From: a virus
Length of the DNA stretch: 64,000 nucleotides
Virus record (IMG/VR): IMGVR_UViG_3300029240_000001
Strand: one strand, 5' to 3'
Position 1 is the first letter of the stretch. The number at the start of each line of letters is the position of its first letter. Shown here in pieces: positions 55,806-64,000 of this stretch. The translations under genes were made by a program, and so were the position numbers. The notes under the pieces were generated by a model that saw nothing but the letters and a program-made list of their open reading frames with translations, searched no databases and had not been told where the DNA came from.

Positions 55806-57230
55806 TTAGCCACCGTCAGCTCCAGCTTCATACTCTTGATGAGTTACTCTTCTCCACATATAAACAGCCAAGTACGGCGGCATGTTATTATGCGCTCCGT
55901 CACCGCCAGCAGCGGATGTTTTTGAACCCGTTGCCCACCACGTTTTGTTGCTGGTGTAGGCGATGTTCGGCCAGCCACTATAACCGCTTGGTGCGCTGTC
56001 CGACCCGCCATCGTTGCCCAAGTATTCGTCGTGGTAGTGGCTAGGGATTTCAGACCTCGTTAACGTGTGCGTAGCCTCGCCACCCATTGTGCCAGCTTTA
56101 TAGGTATCACCTGCACCAAGCAGGAATCTATTGTAAATCGGTAGCCAATATGTCCCAGTGAATCGAGACTGCGGATTTGTAGTATCCGTGCTCATATAAA
56201 TAGATCCAATCGGATAAAACAAATCAACAAGAGTTGCCGTATCCACCCCGATATCGCTTTTTAGCTCAGCAAGTGTGCGAGAATACACCCACCCGGAACC
56301 ATCCAGCACTGCAACCTTGCTCGGTGTGCTGCCAAGATCGGTCGCGTCCGTCGTTTGCAGCCATGTTCCAGTCAGATACTGACCTGTCAAATTACCGGTC
56401 AGCGTGCCGCCACTTGTATTTAATTTGCTGTCCAAAGCAGCCTTAACCGCCTTATTCTGCACCGGATTAGTCGAGGTCGTACTTAACGCAGAATCAACAG
56501 TCGTTTTATTTGCGCCAGTAGCGATCCCGTTGAGTTTTGTCTTATCAGACGCACTCATCAATCCATTAGCACTCGTAGTCGCAACAGAAGTGGAAGCCTT
56601 CCCAGATAAAGCAGTATTGATAACCTTGTTTTGAACTGGATTGGTAGAAGTGGTGCTTAGAGAAGAATCAATAATCGTTTTGTTGGCTCCATCGGCAATG
56701 CCATCTAATTTTGATTTGTCGCTAGAAGACATTAAACCATTAGCACTTGTCGTAGCAACAGCAGTACTTGCTTTGCCACTAAGAGCTGTATTAACCGCCT
56801 TGTTCTGAATCGCATTAGTTGAAGTGCTAGACAAAGACGAATCCACCGACGGGATCGCCACTGACTTAGCTGCGCTACCATCATAGCTACCAGTAACAGC
56901 ACCAGTAAAAGTCAAAGCATGCGGATTCTTAAGCGCCGTAGTCGTGCTAGGCAAGGCTCCTACATCTGAAGCGGTCAGGCTGATATCTGAGCTTAGAGCT
57001 TTATTGTTAATCTTTCGTGTAGTTTTAACATAGTTTGCTAATGTAGCCGCATCTTGAAATGGAAGTTGAGAATATCTCTTTGTGCCATCTCCGACTTTGA
57101 ATCTTGTTTCACCGCTAGTTGTGTCAACAATAGCAATCTCTCCATTTAGCAAAACAGGGTTTTTACTCGTCCAATTGGCCTCTGTATCTCTTTTATTTTT
57201 TACGCGCGTATTAAAAATCTTATTTGCCAT
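55806..57230 (-). CDS. Tail fibre protein (conserved N-module, three ~50-aa repeats, collar-type C-terminal domain)
   Basis: ATG at 57230, 8 nt after AAAGGAGG (the track starts upstream). MANKIFNTRVKNKRDTEANW...GDGTKRYSQLPF. Three copies of SLS.TSTN..QNK..NTALSGKAST.VATTSANGLMS..DK.KL.GIA.GANKT. C-terminus PIGSIYMS...HTLT..EIPSHYHDEY...[13 protein letters not shown]. Confidence 0.7.
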   Translation of the reverse strand: MANKIFNTRVKNKRDTEANWTSKNPVLLNGEIAIVDTTSGETRFKVGDGTKRYSQLPFQDAATLANYVKTTRKINNKALSSDISLTASDVGALPSTTTALKNPHALTFTGAVTGSYDGSAAKSVAIPSVDSSLSSTSTNAIQNKAVNTALSGKASTAVATTSANGLMSSSDKSKLDGIADGANKTIIDSSLSTTSTNPVQNKVINTALSGKASTSVATTSANGLMSASDKTKLNGIATGANKTTVDSALSTTSTNPVQNKAVKAALDSKLNTSGGTLTGNLTGQYLTGTWLQTTDATDLGSTPSKVAVLDGSGWVYSRTLAELKSDIGVDTATLVDLFYPIGSIYMSTDTTNPQSRFTGTYWLPIYNRFLLGAGDTYKAGTMGGEATHTLTRSEIPSHYHDEYLGNDGGSDSAPSGYSGWPNIAYTSNKTWWATGSKTSAAGGDGAHNNMPPYLAVYMWRRVTHQEYEAGADGG

Positions 57231-57256
57231 CCGTTCAACCTCCTTTAATATATAAC

Positions 57257-57282
57257 AAAGGCGCTGGAATAAACCAACGCCT
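57257..57282 (-). terminator. Intergenic hairpin (possible attenuator/terminator)
   Basis: Minus strand: AAGGCGUUGG-UUUAUU-CCAGCGCCUU, 10 bp including one G-U pair. Weak U-rich tail. Confidence 0.4.
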
Positions 57283-57310
57283 TCTTTAGACTTTATTTTA
57301 TTCATTTCAC

Positions 57311-59299
57311 TTAGACACTCCCGCCATACACATAGTTGGTGGAGCTTCCACTCGACACATCATTAAACAGGCTTTCAACATCAGTTTGTTCAACCCATGC
57401 CCCAGATACTTTCTTGTAAACTTTTGTTGCGGATTTATATGACCCGTTGACCTTGAAATACAACATGTCGGATCTCCCAGTTGTTGATCGTGCTCGCGCA
57501 TATAAAGTCAACTCTGACGTCGCTGCCTCGCCGTCCTGCGGGTCTGCAGAATCCTTATTAACAGAAGGAGTGGCGATAGATAATGGATTATTAGAGCTTA
57601 TAAAAGTTGTACATCCTTCGTCAGAATACCAACCTTTGAATGTATATCCTTCTTTAACTATTGCCGTAAACATTGCATCCTTCCCCGCGAATGTGGGTGT
57701 AGTTGCATCAGCATATTCAATTCCACCTTTTGCAATAGCAGTACAAATGCACGCGCTATCTGAATAATAACAAAAATATTCTTTATCCTGTGTCGGAGTA
57801 AAAATATAATATGGCCAATATGTCAGCATACTCCTTTCGCCAAGACTAATGTCTCCGCTTTCCGCAAAACATGTTACTGGAGCATCTGAGAGTTGACACC
57901 ATATAGCACACGTAGTATTGGCTGGAACTTGCAATGATGCTTTAACTGCTGCTATCGTGTCAGTTCCAGTTTTTGTTGCTTGCCCAAACACTTTAGATGA
58001 TTCAATTTTATCAAATTCGCCAGTTTTAACATATTGCTTTTCATTATAAGTTAATTGATCGTAATATAACGCGGCAATTTTCAAAGTCCATGTACCTGAT
58101 CGTCCCGCAACCCCTTTTAATCCACGTGTTAATTTAATTGTATACATTACAGCGCCTGATTTGGGGTATAATTTATAATCCGTTGTTGGTGTACAGGTAT
58201 ACGGATTATCTTCACTAACTAGCTGTGTTAACCCTTCATCTGCATACCAACCATACAATTTATAATCATCGCTCTCAGGGTTAAATGTAAATGTAGCATT
58301 GTCACCATAAGTAATAACAGAGGCATTAACACTTGCCGTTCCATGTTCTGCTTGTCCAACGCTAATATTCAATTTGCTTAAATGAGCCTTTGCATATAGC
58401 GTCGTATTCGCAGTAATAGTAACTACATATGGGTTCGTTGTACTCACCAGATGTGTACAGCTCTCATCTGAATACCATCCATCAAAAATGCATCCAGTAT
58501 TAACTACCGCAGAGAAAGTACAACTGCTATTTGCGGGAATTGTTGAGTCGCTTGTACTAGCAGATGATATATTTGCACCGGCAACTGCCGCACATGTAAA
58601 TAATTTTGTATCATGTGTATCTTTGGCATATAATGTTAAATCCGATATTGGACTAACTGAATAAATTCGGTCTGTGCTTACAAGATTCGTGCAAGCGACG
58701 TCACTATACCATCCTTCAAATGTTTCTCCATCTGCTACTGTAGCCGTAAAAGTTACAATGTCGCCATCATAGGCTTCAACTTTATCAACAGTAGCAGTTA
58801 CATTGCTACTAACAGATTTTGCAACGCAAGCATACTGAATGAAATACAGTGATAAATCAATCTTCTGAAGTGTTACTGCATTTACTGTATTATTTGCATG
58901 TAAGTGGAAACGAATAACACTATTTTTAGATGATTGCAAGATAGCTTCATCCTTGAGACCTTTAACATCTGTGTAGACACCTTTCGAAGTCGGGACTTCT
59001 GAAGCTACTTGTGAATCGTCAAACAACAGACTAACATAGCAATTTTTATTATCTGTCAACACAGATGTGAAAAAATTTGCGTCTGCCTCTACTGGATGTG
59101 CTTTGTCATTTGGGTACAAAATGGATCTTGATTTTTCATTTAATATGGCGTATCCATTTTTTGAACCATTCATATAGAGTCTAGCCAATATATAATTACC
59201 GAAAGAAGTAATGCCGAGGCTGAGACCATCTGCTTCTAAGTATGTTTTAGCAGTATCTTTGTTAGTTACAAGCAGTGTTCTTTTTACTTTAGTTGGCAT
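57311..59299 (-). CDS. Structural/adhesin-like protein with four Listeria-Bacteroides (Flg_new)-type repeats
   Basis: Reiterated F.GWYSD..CT.LVS....Y.......TLYAK units. Confidence 0.65.
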   Translation of the reverse strand: MPTKVKRTLLVTNKDTAKTYLEADGLSLGITSFGNYILARLYMNGSKNGYAILNEKSRSILYPNDKAHPVEADANFFTSVLTDNKNCYVSLLFDDSQVASEVPTSKGVYTDVKGLKDEAILQSSKNSVIRFHLHANNTVNAVTLQKIDLSLYFIQYACVAKSVSSNVTATVDKVEAYDGDIVTFTATVADGETFEGWYSDVACTNLVSTDRIYSVSPISDLTLYAKDTHDTKLFTCAAVAGANISSASTSDSTIPANSSCTFSAVVNTGCIFDGWYSDESCTHLVSTTNPYVVTITANTTLYAKAHLSKLNISVGQAEHGTASVNASVITYGDNATFTFNPESDDYKLYGWYADEGLTQLVSEDNPYTCTPTTDYKLYPKSGAVMYTIKLTRGLKGVAGRSGTWTLKIAALYYDQLTYNEKQYVKTGEFDKIESSKVFGQATKTGTDTIAAVKASLQVPANTTCAIWCQLSDAPVTCFAESGDISLGERSMLTYWPYYIFTPTQDKEYFCYYSDSACICTAIAKGGIEYADATTPTFAGKDAMFTAIVKEGYTFKGWYSDEGCTTFISSNNPLSIATPSVNKDSADPQDGEAATSELTLYARARSTTGRSDMLYFKVNGSYKSATKVYKKVSGAWVEQTDVESLFNDVSSGSSTNYVYGGSV

Positions 59300-59303
59300 T
59301 TAA

Positions 59304-59570
59304 TTACTCACCACCATATGTGACAGTAGAAACACTCCCGTCTGAATTTGAAAAATAAATAGTAAGGCTATTAACCCCGTCTTCAAATGCAACGACTAAA
59401 TGATACACAGCCCCATCGTAATACCACATCGGTGCATCATTAAGAATAAATCCGATAATATCATCAATAGTTGTTCTCTTATCAAGAATTTGGATGCCGT
59501 TAACAACTTGTGCCGTAGAAAGATGGTGAAAAATAAGCTCATTATAAGTTAGATTAGCATTTTCACTCAT
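59304..59570 (-). CDS. Hypothetical protein
   Basis: 88-aa ORF tightly packed in the fibre cluster. Confidence 0.45.
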   Translation of the reverse strand: MSENANLTYNELIFHHLSTAQVVNGIQILDKRTTIDDIIGFILNDAPMWYYDGAVYHLVVAFEDGVNSLTIYFSNSDGSVSTVTYGGE

Positions 59571-59573
59571 TTG

Positions 59574-60314
59574 TTACCCCTCCGTTTGTAAATATAAGTC
59601 ACCATCTGCTCCAAGAGTGTTAACCGGATCAGCCATGCCAGTGTAATATGTTGCAGTTGTGACGGATAGAGTGCCGTCATCGGAAATGGACAGGCCGTTT
59701 CCGACTTTGATTGCGCCAACAGAAGTTGTAGTGGCAGTGGAAAGATATTTGGAGTCAAGTTTAACCACATTTTCAGGAAATACTAATTCAGAAGTATAAG
59801 TTGTTGCGTTAGACCTTTTTACGAGAGTAAAATATATGCCTTTATTTTTACATATAAGTGCATTTTCATCGGTCGTCTTACGAATGATAAGAATATATAT
59901 ATCATTAGACGCATCTCCAAATTGAATTGAGATATCATCTTCACTCTCGCTAATATTACTGCTGGTACAAATCACTTCATCACCGGAGCTAAGAACTATT
60001 TTTGCTCCAATAAGCGCACTACTTGAGATAACCTCATTAGATACCAACACATAGTCTGTAGAGCCTGCCATCTCTTCTACATGCTGAGATTCTTTATTCC
60101 CGATTACGCCATCCCATATAATATCTTCAAAAGCTTTTTTATTATAGAATGGTCTATTCTTAATATAATCACTTGCAGTTTCATCATTCTGATTCCAATC
60201 GCTCTGAACCGGTGTACCAGTTCCGCCATCAGGAATATTAAGTGTCACGTCACCAGTTTGTCCATTAACTGATGTTACAATAGGAGTTACAATTTGTAAT
60301 TTTTTTGTTGACAT
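59574..60314 (-). CDS. Tail-fibre-like protein
   Basis: N-terminal VTSVNGQTGDVTL motif common in fibre proteins. C-terminal G/T-rich beta region. Confidence 0.55.
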   Translation of the reverse strand: MSTKKLQIVTPIVTSVNGQTGDVTLNIPDGGTGTPVQSDWNQNDETASDYIKNRPFYNKKAFEDIIWDGVIGNKESQHVEEMAGSTDYVLVSNEVISSSALIGAKIVLSSGDEVICTSSNISESEDDISIQFGDASNDIYILIIRKTTDENALICKNKGIYFTLVKRSNATTYTSELVFPENVVKLDSKYLSTATTTSVGAIKVGNGLSISDDGTLSVTTATYYTGMADPVNTLGADGDLYLQTEG

Positions 60315-60350
60315 TTTTTACATCACCCTCCTTATTTTTTAATATTTGAA

Positions 60351-60377
60351 AGGTGCAGAGTGGTTAGCTCTGCACCT
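60351..60377 (-). terminator. Intergenic hairpin after ORF 60390-61034
   Basis: AGGTGCAGAG / CTCTGCACCT 10-bp stem with a 7-nt loop. Modest U-tract on the minus strand. Confidence 0.5.
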
Positions 60378-60389
60378 CATGTGTTTAAT

Positions 60390-61034
60390 TTATTTAATCT
60401 TAACTGCAGACAAGCGGATTGCCTCGGCCTTAGTTGCTGCAGTGTACTGATGATAAGTTTCATATTTAATGGTAGTTTGTTCTGTCAATTCTACTATTGT
60501 AGCAACAACAGCACCACCACCGCCAATCATATCACTTCTCACAATACAATAAACAACACTATCATCAGATTTAGTTAATCTAGAAATATACATACATCCA
60601 GTGCCATTTACTGCCCATTGATGATTGCCAACAATAGCATAAGTACCTGCTGGCAACGTTAAAGATGCAATCGTTGTCATCTCCATTTTTGCGACAGATT
60701 TACTGTTTGGCGTAGCAGAATACACTTTCCCAATATTGCCAATATTAGTTAATATGCCATTAACAGTACTTGCCCCAGTACCACCTTTAGATATTGGTAA
60801 GATTCCACTTGTGATATCTAACGCAGAATGCTTATGAGATGTGGTAGCATAATCAGAATGAGTATGACTTATCGGTGCGTACTCAGTATGCACATGACTT
60901 AAATTTGCTTTGCCTGTTTGTAAAGATGAAATGTCCGATTCAATATCTTCCAAATTATTAGTCAAACAGGAATTCATATCAGTATCTATCCAAATATTGT
61001 TACTCGAATACATAGGATCAAATGTTCCATCCAT
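60390..61034 (-). CDS. Fibre-tip-like protein, paralogue A (HxH-repeat region)
   Basis: N-terminal ~50 aa homologous to ORF 61053-61700. SHVHTEYAPISHTHSDYATTSHKHS (three spaced HxH motifs). Divergent C-terminus. Confidence 0.55.
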   Translation of the reverse strand: MDGTFDPMYSSNNIWIDTDMNSCLTNNLEDIESDISSLQTGKANLSHVHTEYAPISHTHSDYATTSHKHSALDITSGILPISKGGTGASTVNGILTNIGNIGKVYSATPNSKSVAKMEMTTIASLTLPAGTYAIVGNHQWAVNGTGCMYISRLTKSDDSVVYCIVRSDMIGGGGAVVATIVELTEQTTIKYETYHQYTAATKAEAIRLSAVKIK

Positions 61035-61052
61035 GTTGCATACCTCCTAACG

Positions 61053-61700
61053 TTACTTCCATCTACCTATGGCATAGACATAAATTCCATATCCAATATT
61101 AGAATCTCCATCCGTACCAAGAGCTTCCCATCTAAATTTTGTCGTAGTTGATAATCCACCTCTAGCAGCAATAGCATATCCTGAGCCAATATAACAATTA
61201 TAAATAGCTGTAGGATTTGTAATAAACAAACCAGTAGGCCAATCTGCACTGCCTGAAAATGCATTGAATCCATTCCACGTGCTATAATGAGTAATCGTTC
61301 CAGTGATCTGCCGCCAACACTCAGAAATTCCACTATTCCATTTTCTGTATGTCCACTTTCCAGAAGGGCCAGAAGCTACAACATAATCAGACGGTTCAAT
61401 TAACCCAGAAATTTGAGACTTATTGTGAGTATGAGAACTCACGGCGAAATTACTTGCATGTTTGCCATCTAACGTATCTGCATTACCACCATTCGCTGGA
61501 AGAGAAGTTGGAATAACTGGTATAGATGGCTTGTCAGTTAAATCGTTATAGCTGTGAGTATGATTTACATCTGCTTTATTGGATTGCAGAGAAGAAACAT
61601 CTCCCTCAATGCCCTCTAAATGAGTTGTAAGACATTCATTTAGATTTGTATCCATCCAAATCTGATTGGAGCTATATGTTGGATCAAATGTACCGTTCAT
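61053..61700 (-). CDS. Fibre-tip-like protein, paralogue B
   Basis: MNGTFDPTYSSNQIWMDTNLNECLTTHLEGIEGDVSSLQSNKADVNHTHS parallels paralogue A. Different C-terminal domain. Confidence 0.55.
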   Translation of the reverse strand: MNGTFDPTYSSNQIWMDTNLNECLTTHLEGIEGDVSSLQSNKADVNHTHSYNDLTDKPSIPVIPTSLPANGGNADTLDGKHASNFAVSSHTHNKSQISGLIEPSDYVVASGPSGKWTYRKWNSGISECWRQITGTITHYSTWNGFNAFSGSADWPTGLFITNPTAIYNCYIGSGYAIAARGGLSTTTKFRWEALGTDGDSNIGYGIYVYAIGRWK

Positions 61701-61755
61701 TGGGATTCCTCCTTTAGATATAAAAAGGTTTCATCATTGGTTAAGTATGTTTATG

Positions 61756-62001
61756 TTAGGTATTTAATTCTGCAACTTCTTGCGTAAATGCTGCATCGTA
61801 ATACCACTTGCCTTGGAAATCATCAAAACTAGTCACTGTTTCAGGGATTGGATGATAATATTTTAATGCATATGGTAAAGAATCATCCTCAATAGGAACA
61901 TAGTAAGGACTTAAAATATAATTTGTTGTGTCTCTTGTCCCATCGCACATTCCATTTTCTCTAAGGGTCGCGTATTTAAATCCATAACGACGAGTTACCA
62001 T
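61756..62001 (-). CDS. Hypothetical protein
   Basis: 81-aa ORF in the fibre cluster. Confidence 0.45.
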   Translation of the reverse strand: MVTRRYGFKYATLRENGMCDGTRDTTNYILSPYYVPIEDDSLPYALKYYHPIPETVTSFDDFQGKWYYDAAFTQEVAELNT

Positions 62002-62004
62002 CTT

Positions 62005-62508
62005 TTATTCCTCCTTATATGTGCTAAAATGTATGACACATGTAGCCCCTGTATCATTTACAATATTTAAATCAATTGATTTCGTAGATGCATTTTTTGT
62101 TACATCTGCCAGTTTCGTAGTTGAATTTACTGCATATACTGCATCATTGATTACAATCTTGTTTACAGATGTACTATCAGATATTGCCGTATTAAAACTA
62201 GAGATCATTGCACTAAATTTTGTATAATTATATTGATCATATTGTTCAAATGGAATAGAAAAACTCTCATTTGGCAAAATTGTACGAAAACCAATTTCAG
62301 TTCTATATGTTTTAGTATCAGTTCCTTCTTGAACGCCTTCATCAGATGCAAAAATTTTTCCAACTTTAACATCACTTTGAGTTGCTGTAAAGACAGTCTT
62401 TTCTCCAACCACTACTCCAGTAGCAATTTCATTCCCGTTTTCATCCTCAAGAAGTACAGTATTTAATGCCGATGGTGCCATTATTGGATTGCCATATAAA
62501 CCACTCAT
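62005..62508 (-). CDS. Hypothetical structural protein
   Basis: 167 aa, ATGA overlap with the upstream gene. Confidence 0.5.
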   Translation of the reverse strand: MSGLYGNPIMAPSALNTVLLEDENGNEIATGVVVGEKTVFTATQSDVKVGKIFASDEGVQEGTDTKTYRTEIGFRTILPNESFSIPFEQYDQYNYTKFSAMISSFNTAISDSTSVNKIVINDAVYAVNSTTKLADVTKNASTKSIDLNIVNDTGATCVIHFSTYKEE

Positions 62509-63395
62509 ACGACAACCACCTCCTGCACTTTAACCTGAATAGATATAGAGCCACTAGGTTTACCACCAGCCACATAAACTCGAACAGTTCCATTGCCGCT
62601 TTGAGTAGTAAATGCTAATCCGCTATCCTGCCAAGATGCAAGCTGTGCGGGAGTTGGCTGGAGGTCAACAACACTCGTTTCTGTAGCACAGCTAAGTGTC
62701 ACGTCTTGATAATATGGACTTGCGGTTCCATTCCATCCCGACGCCAACGTAATTGTAGTAACTTTCGGAAGCATGTTCTGCAGCATAGCAATTGTTGCAT
62801 AAGTGTCTGTAATAACATTACCAGATGCGTCTGCTGTAGCTTGAGGCACTGCACCATATACATCTGCACCAACTGGCTTAGGCATACCTTCTACAACCCA
62901 CGCAGCTCCATCATACACAATTTGGAATGGCTTATTAATAGAAATCCAAGTATTACTATATCCAGATTGCAAACTTGTTGTAATCGCACTTAATCTACGT
63001 CTAATCTTTTTAGCTCCAAGTCTATTAACATCTATTGTTGGCTCTTTGCTTGCACTAGTTTTATCTGGAATCATAATAAAACTTGCTCCTGAGCTCAAAG
63101 ACTCAATTCCCGGAACTGTCGCAGTATATGCCACACCATCAGAACTTGATGCAACAGCAGTATATACTCCTGCATCAATTGCTGCCTTATTATTGATTTC
63201 ATTCTTTAAAACTTCATCTAAAAATGGCAATTGAGTATAGTTTTTTGCACCATCGCCAATTTTTACTCTAGTCTCCCCACTTGCTGTAGTAACAAATATT
63301 ATTTCGCCATCTAAAATTAGTGGATCCTTTTTCTCCCAATTCGCTTCAGTATCTCGTTTGTTTCTCAAGCGTATATTAAATATTTTATTCGGCAT
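62505..63395 (-). CDS. Tail-fibre-associated protein with the conserved N-module
   Basis: MPNKIFNIRLRNKRDTEANWEKKDPLILDGE...VKIGDGAKNYTQLPF. RBS GGAGGG. Confidence 0.6.
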   Translation of the reverse strand: MPNKIFNIRLRNKRDTEANWEKKDPLILDGEIIFVTTASGETRVKIGDGAKNYTQLPFLDEVLKNEINNKAAIDAGVYTAVASSSDGVAYTATVPGIESLSSGASFIMIPDKTSASKEPTIDVNRLGAKKIRRRLSAITTSLQSGYSNTWISINKPFQIVYDGAAWVVEGMPKPVGADVYGAVPQATADASGNVITDTYATIAMLQNMLPKVTTITLASGWNGTASPYYQDVTLSCATETSVVDLQPTPAQLASWQDSGLAFTTQSGNGTVRVYVAGGKPSGSISIQVKVQEVVVV

Positions 63396-63434
63396 AATAT
63401 TCCCTCCATATGATTATTCACTATACAAAGAATA

Positions 63435-64000
63435 TCAGCTTACACGTTGCCACATGTATACAGATAAGTATGGAGGCATATTATTGTGGGCTTGACCACC
63501 ACCTGCTTCACTTGTTTTTGAACCTTTCGCCCAATATGTGTTTTTACTTGTATAAGCAATACTAGTAAATCCATAATATCCTTCTGGCACACTACCATCT
63601 CCGCCATCATTGCCAACATACTCATCATGATAATGAACAGGAATTTCTTTCTCCTTTAACACATGTTCTTCTTCGCCACCAATTTCTCCAGCTTTATGCA
63701 ACGCACTGTTGGCGAAAAGGAATGCACCATGTATTTCATCCCAGTTTCCGCCAAACAAAGTTGCCGGACTTGTTGCATTCGTGCTGATGTAAATAGAACC
63801 AATTGGATATGCTTCCAAAACAGACAATGGGTCTCCCTTATCTCCCTTTGGGCCTCTTAATGCCTCAAGCTGTGCTGATGTAAAATCAGCATAAGTAAAT
63901 GCGTCTCCCTTTGGGCCTTTTATATTAACACTTGCAGGATTGGTTTTGCCCTTGTCATTTGTCCAACTTAAAACGCCATCTGAAGAAACAGATGGAGTAA
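63435..64000 (-). CDS. Tail fibre protein, 5'-truncated by the window edge (collagen-like G-x-y stretch + collar-type C-terminal domain)
   Basis: The frame stays open from 64000: ...[66 protein letters not shown]... The C-terminal domain is paralogous to that of 55806-57230. The track shows only 63435-63827. Confidence 0.7.
   Translation of the reverse strand, partial: TPSVSSDGVLSWTNDKGKTNPASVNIKGPKGDAFTYADFTSAQLEALRGPKGDKGDPLSVLEAYPIGSIYISTNATSPATLFGGNWDEIHGAFLFANSALHKAGEIGGEEEHVLKEKEIPVHYHDEYVGNDGGDGSVPEGYYGFTSIAYTSKNTYWAKGSKTSEAGGGQAHNNMPPYLSVYMWQRVS

Noticed and set aside
57307-59770. Short minus-strand ORFs 57307-57501 and 59567-59770 overlapping the fibre-cluster genes
   Set aside because: They are alternative frames of longer, better-supported genes (57311-59299 and 59574-60314) and have no independent translation signals.
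60081-62466. Plus-strand ORFs within the fibre cluster (60081-60272, 60360-60578, 62021-62227, 62233-62466)
   Set aside because: They are antisense to minus-strand structural genes, give low-complexity translations and have no RBS.
55806-63395. Diversity-generating retroelement acting on the fibre genes (the N-module resembles those seen in tropism-determinant-type proteins)
   Set aside because: There is no reverse transcriptase ORF and no template/variable repeat pair with adenine-specific differences in the window.
1-64000. tRNA, rRNA or tmRNA genes
   Set aside because: No cloverleaf-like segment or conserved T-loop/anticodon-arm pattern was noticed in the few non-coding stretches (26870-27006, 27202-27630, 28774-28930). 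A tRNAscan/ARAGORN run would be needed to be certain.

Overview
This is an AT-rich, almost fully coding segment of a large temperate phage. The class III RNR and the LysM, CW_7 and SLH-like lysins suggest an anaerobic low-GC Firmicute (Clostridia-like) host. Layout: (i) 1-26950, + strand: early/DNA-metabolism arm. It encodes primase, dCMP deaminase, HD and DHH/RecJ-like phosphoesterases, a metallophosphoesterase, NAD-dependent ligase, RecD/Dda-like helicase, DnaE-type polymerase, deoxyribonucleotidase, NrdH-NrdD-NrdG plus an FTR-like protein, dUTPase, deoxyribosyltransferase, a PnuC-like transporter, an NMP kinase and many small Cys-rich ORFs. At least four near-consensus sigmaA-type promoters drive it, two of them sitting directly behind intrinsic terminators. 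(ii) 27007-29092: recombination module with an Xis-like HTH, a repeat-rich attP-like region, a tyrosine integrase and a small RHH protein. (iii) 29130-64000, - strand: late arm, in transcription order: tail-fibre cluster, holin and two endolysins, RuvC-like resolvase, two unknowns, a giant tape-measure gene, Dit, Tal-like protein, S74-chaperone fibre and a membrane-anchored coiled-coil protein. Main observations: the tape-measure gene is split into three exons by two related group I-like introns, one of which carries a PD-(D/E)XK-type homing endonuclease. The spliced product would be about 4128 aa and contains a RadC/JAB-like metalloprotease motif. A 14-16 nt motif (CAATACAAAATTAT[TG]) recurs at 11 sites, nearly all at gene junctions or inside promoters. 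Four different homing-endonuclease families are present. One small gene carries an in-frame TGA. No tRNA, rRNA or CRISPR was recognised. All calls rest on reading the sequence and translations by eye; no searches were run.
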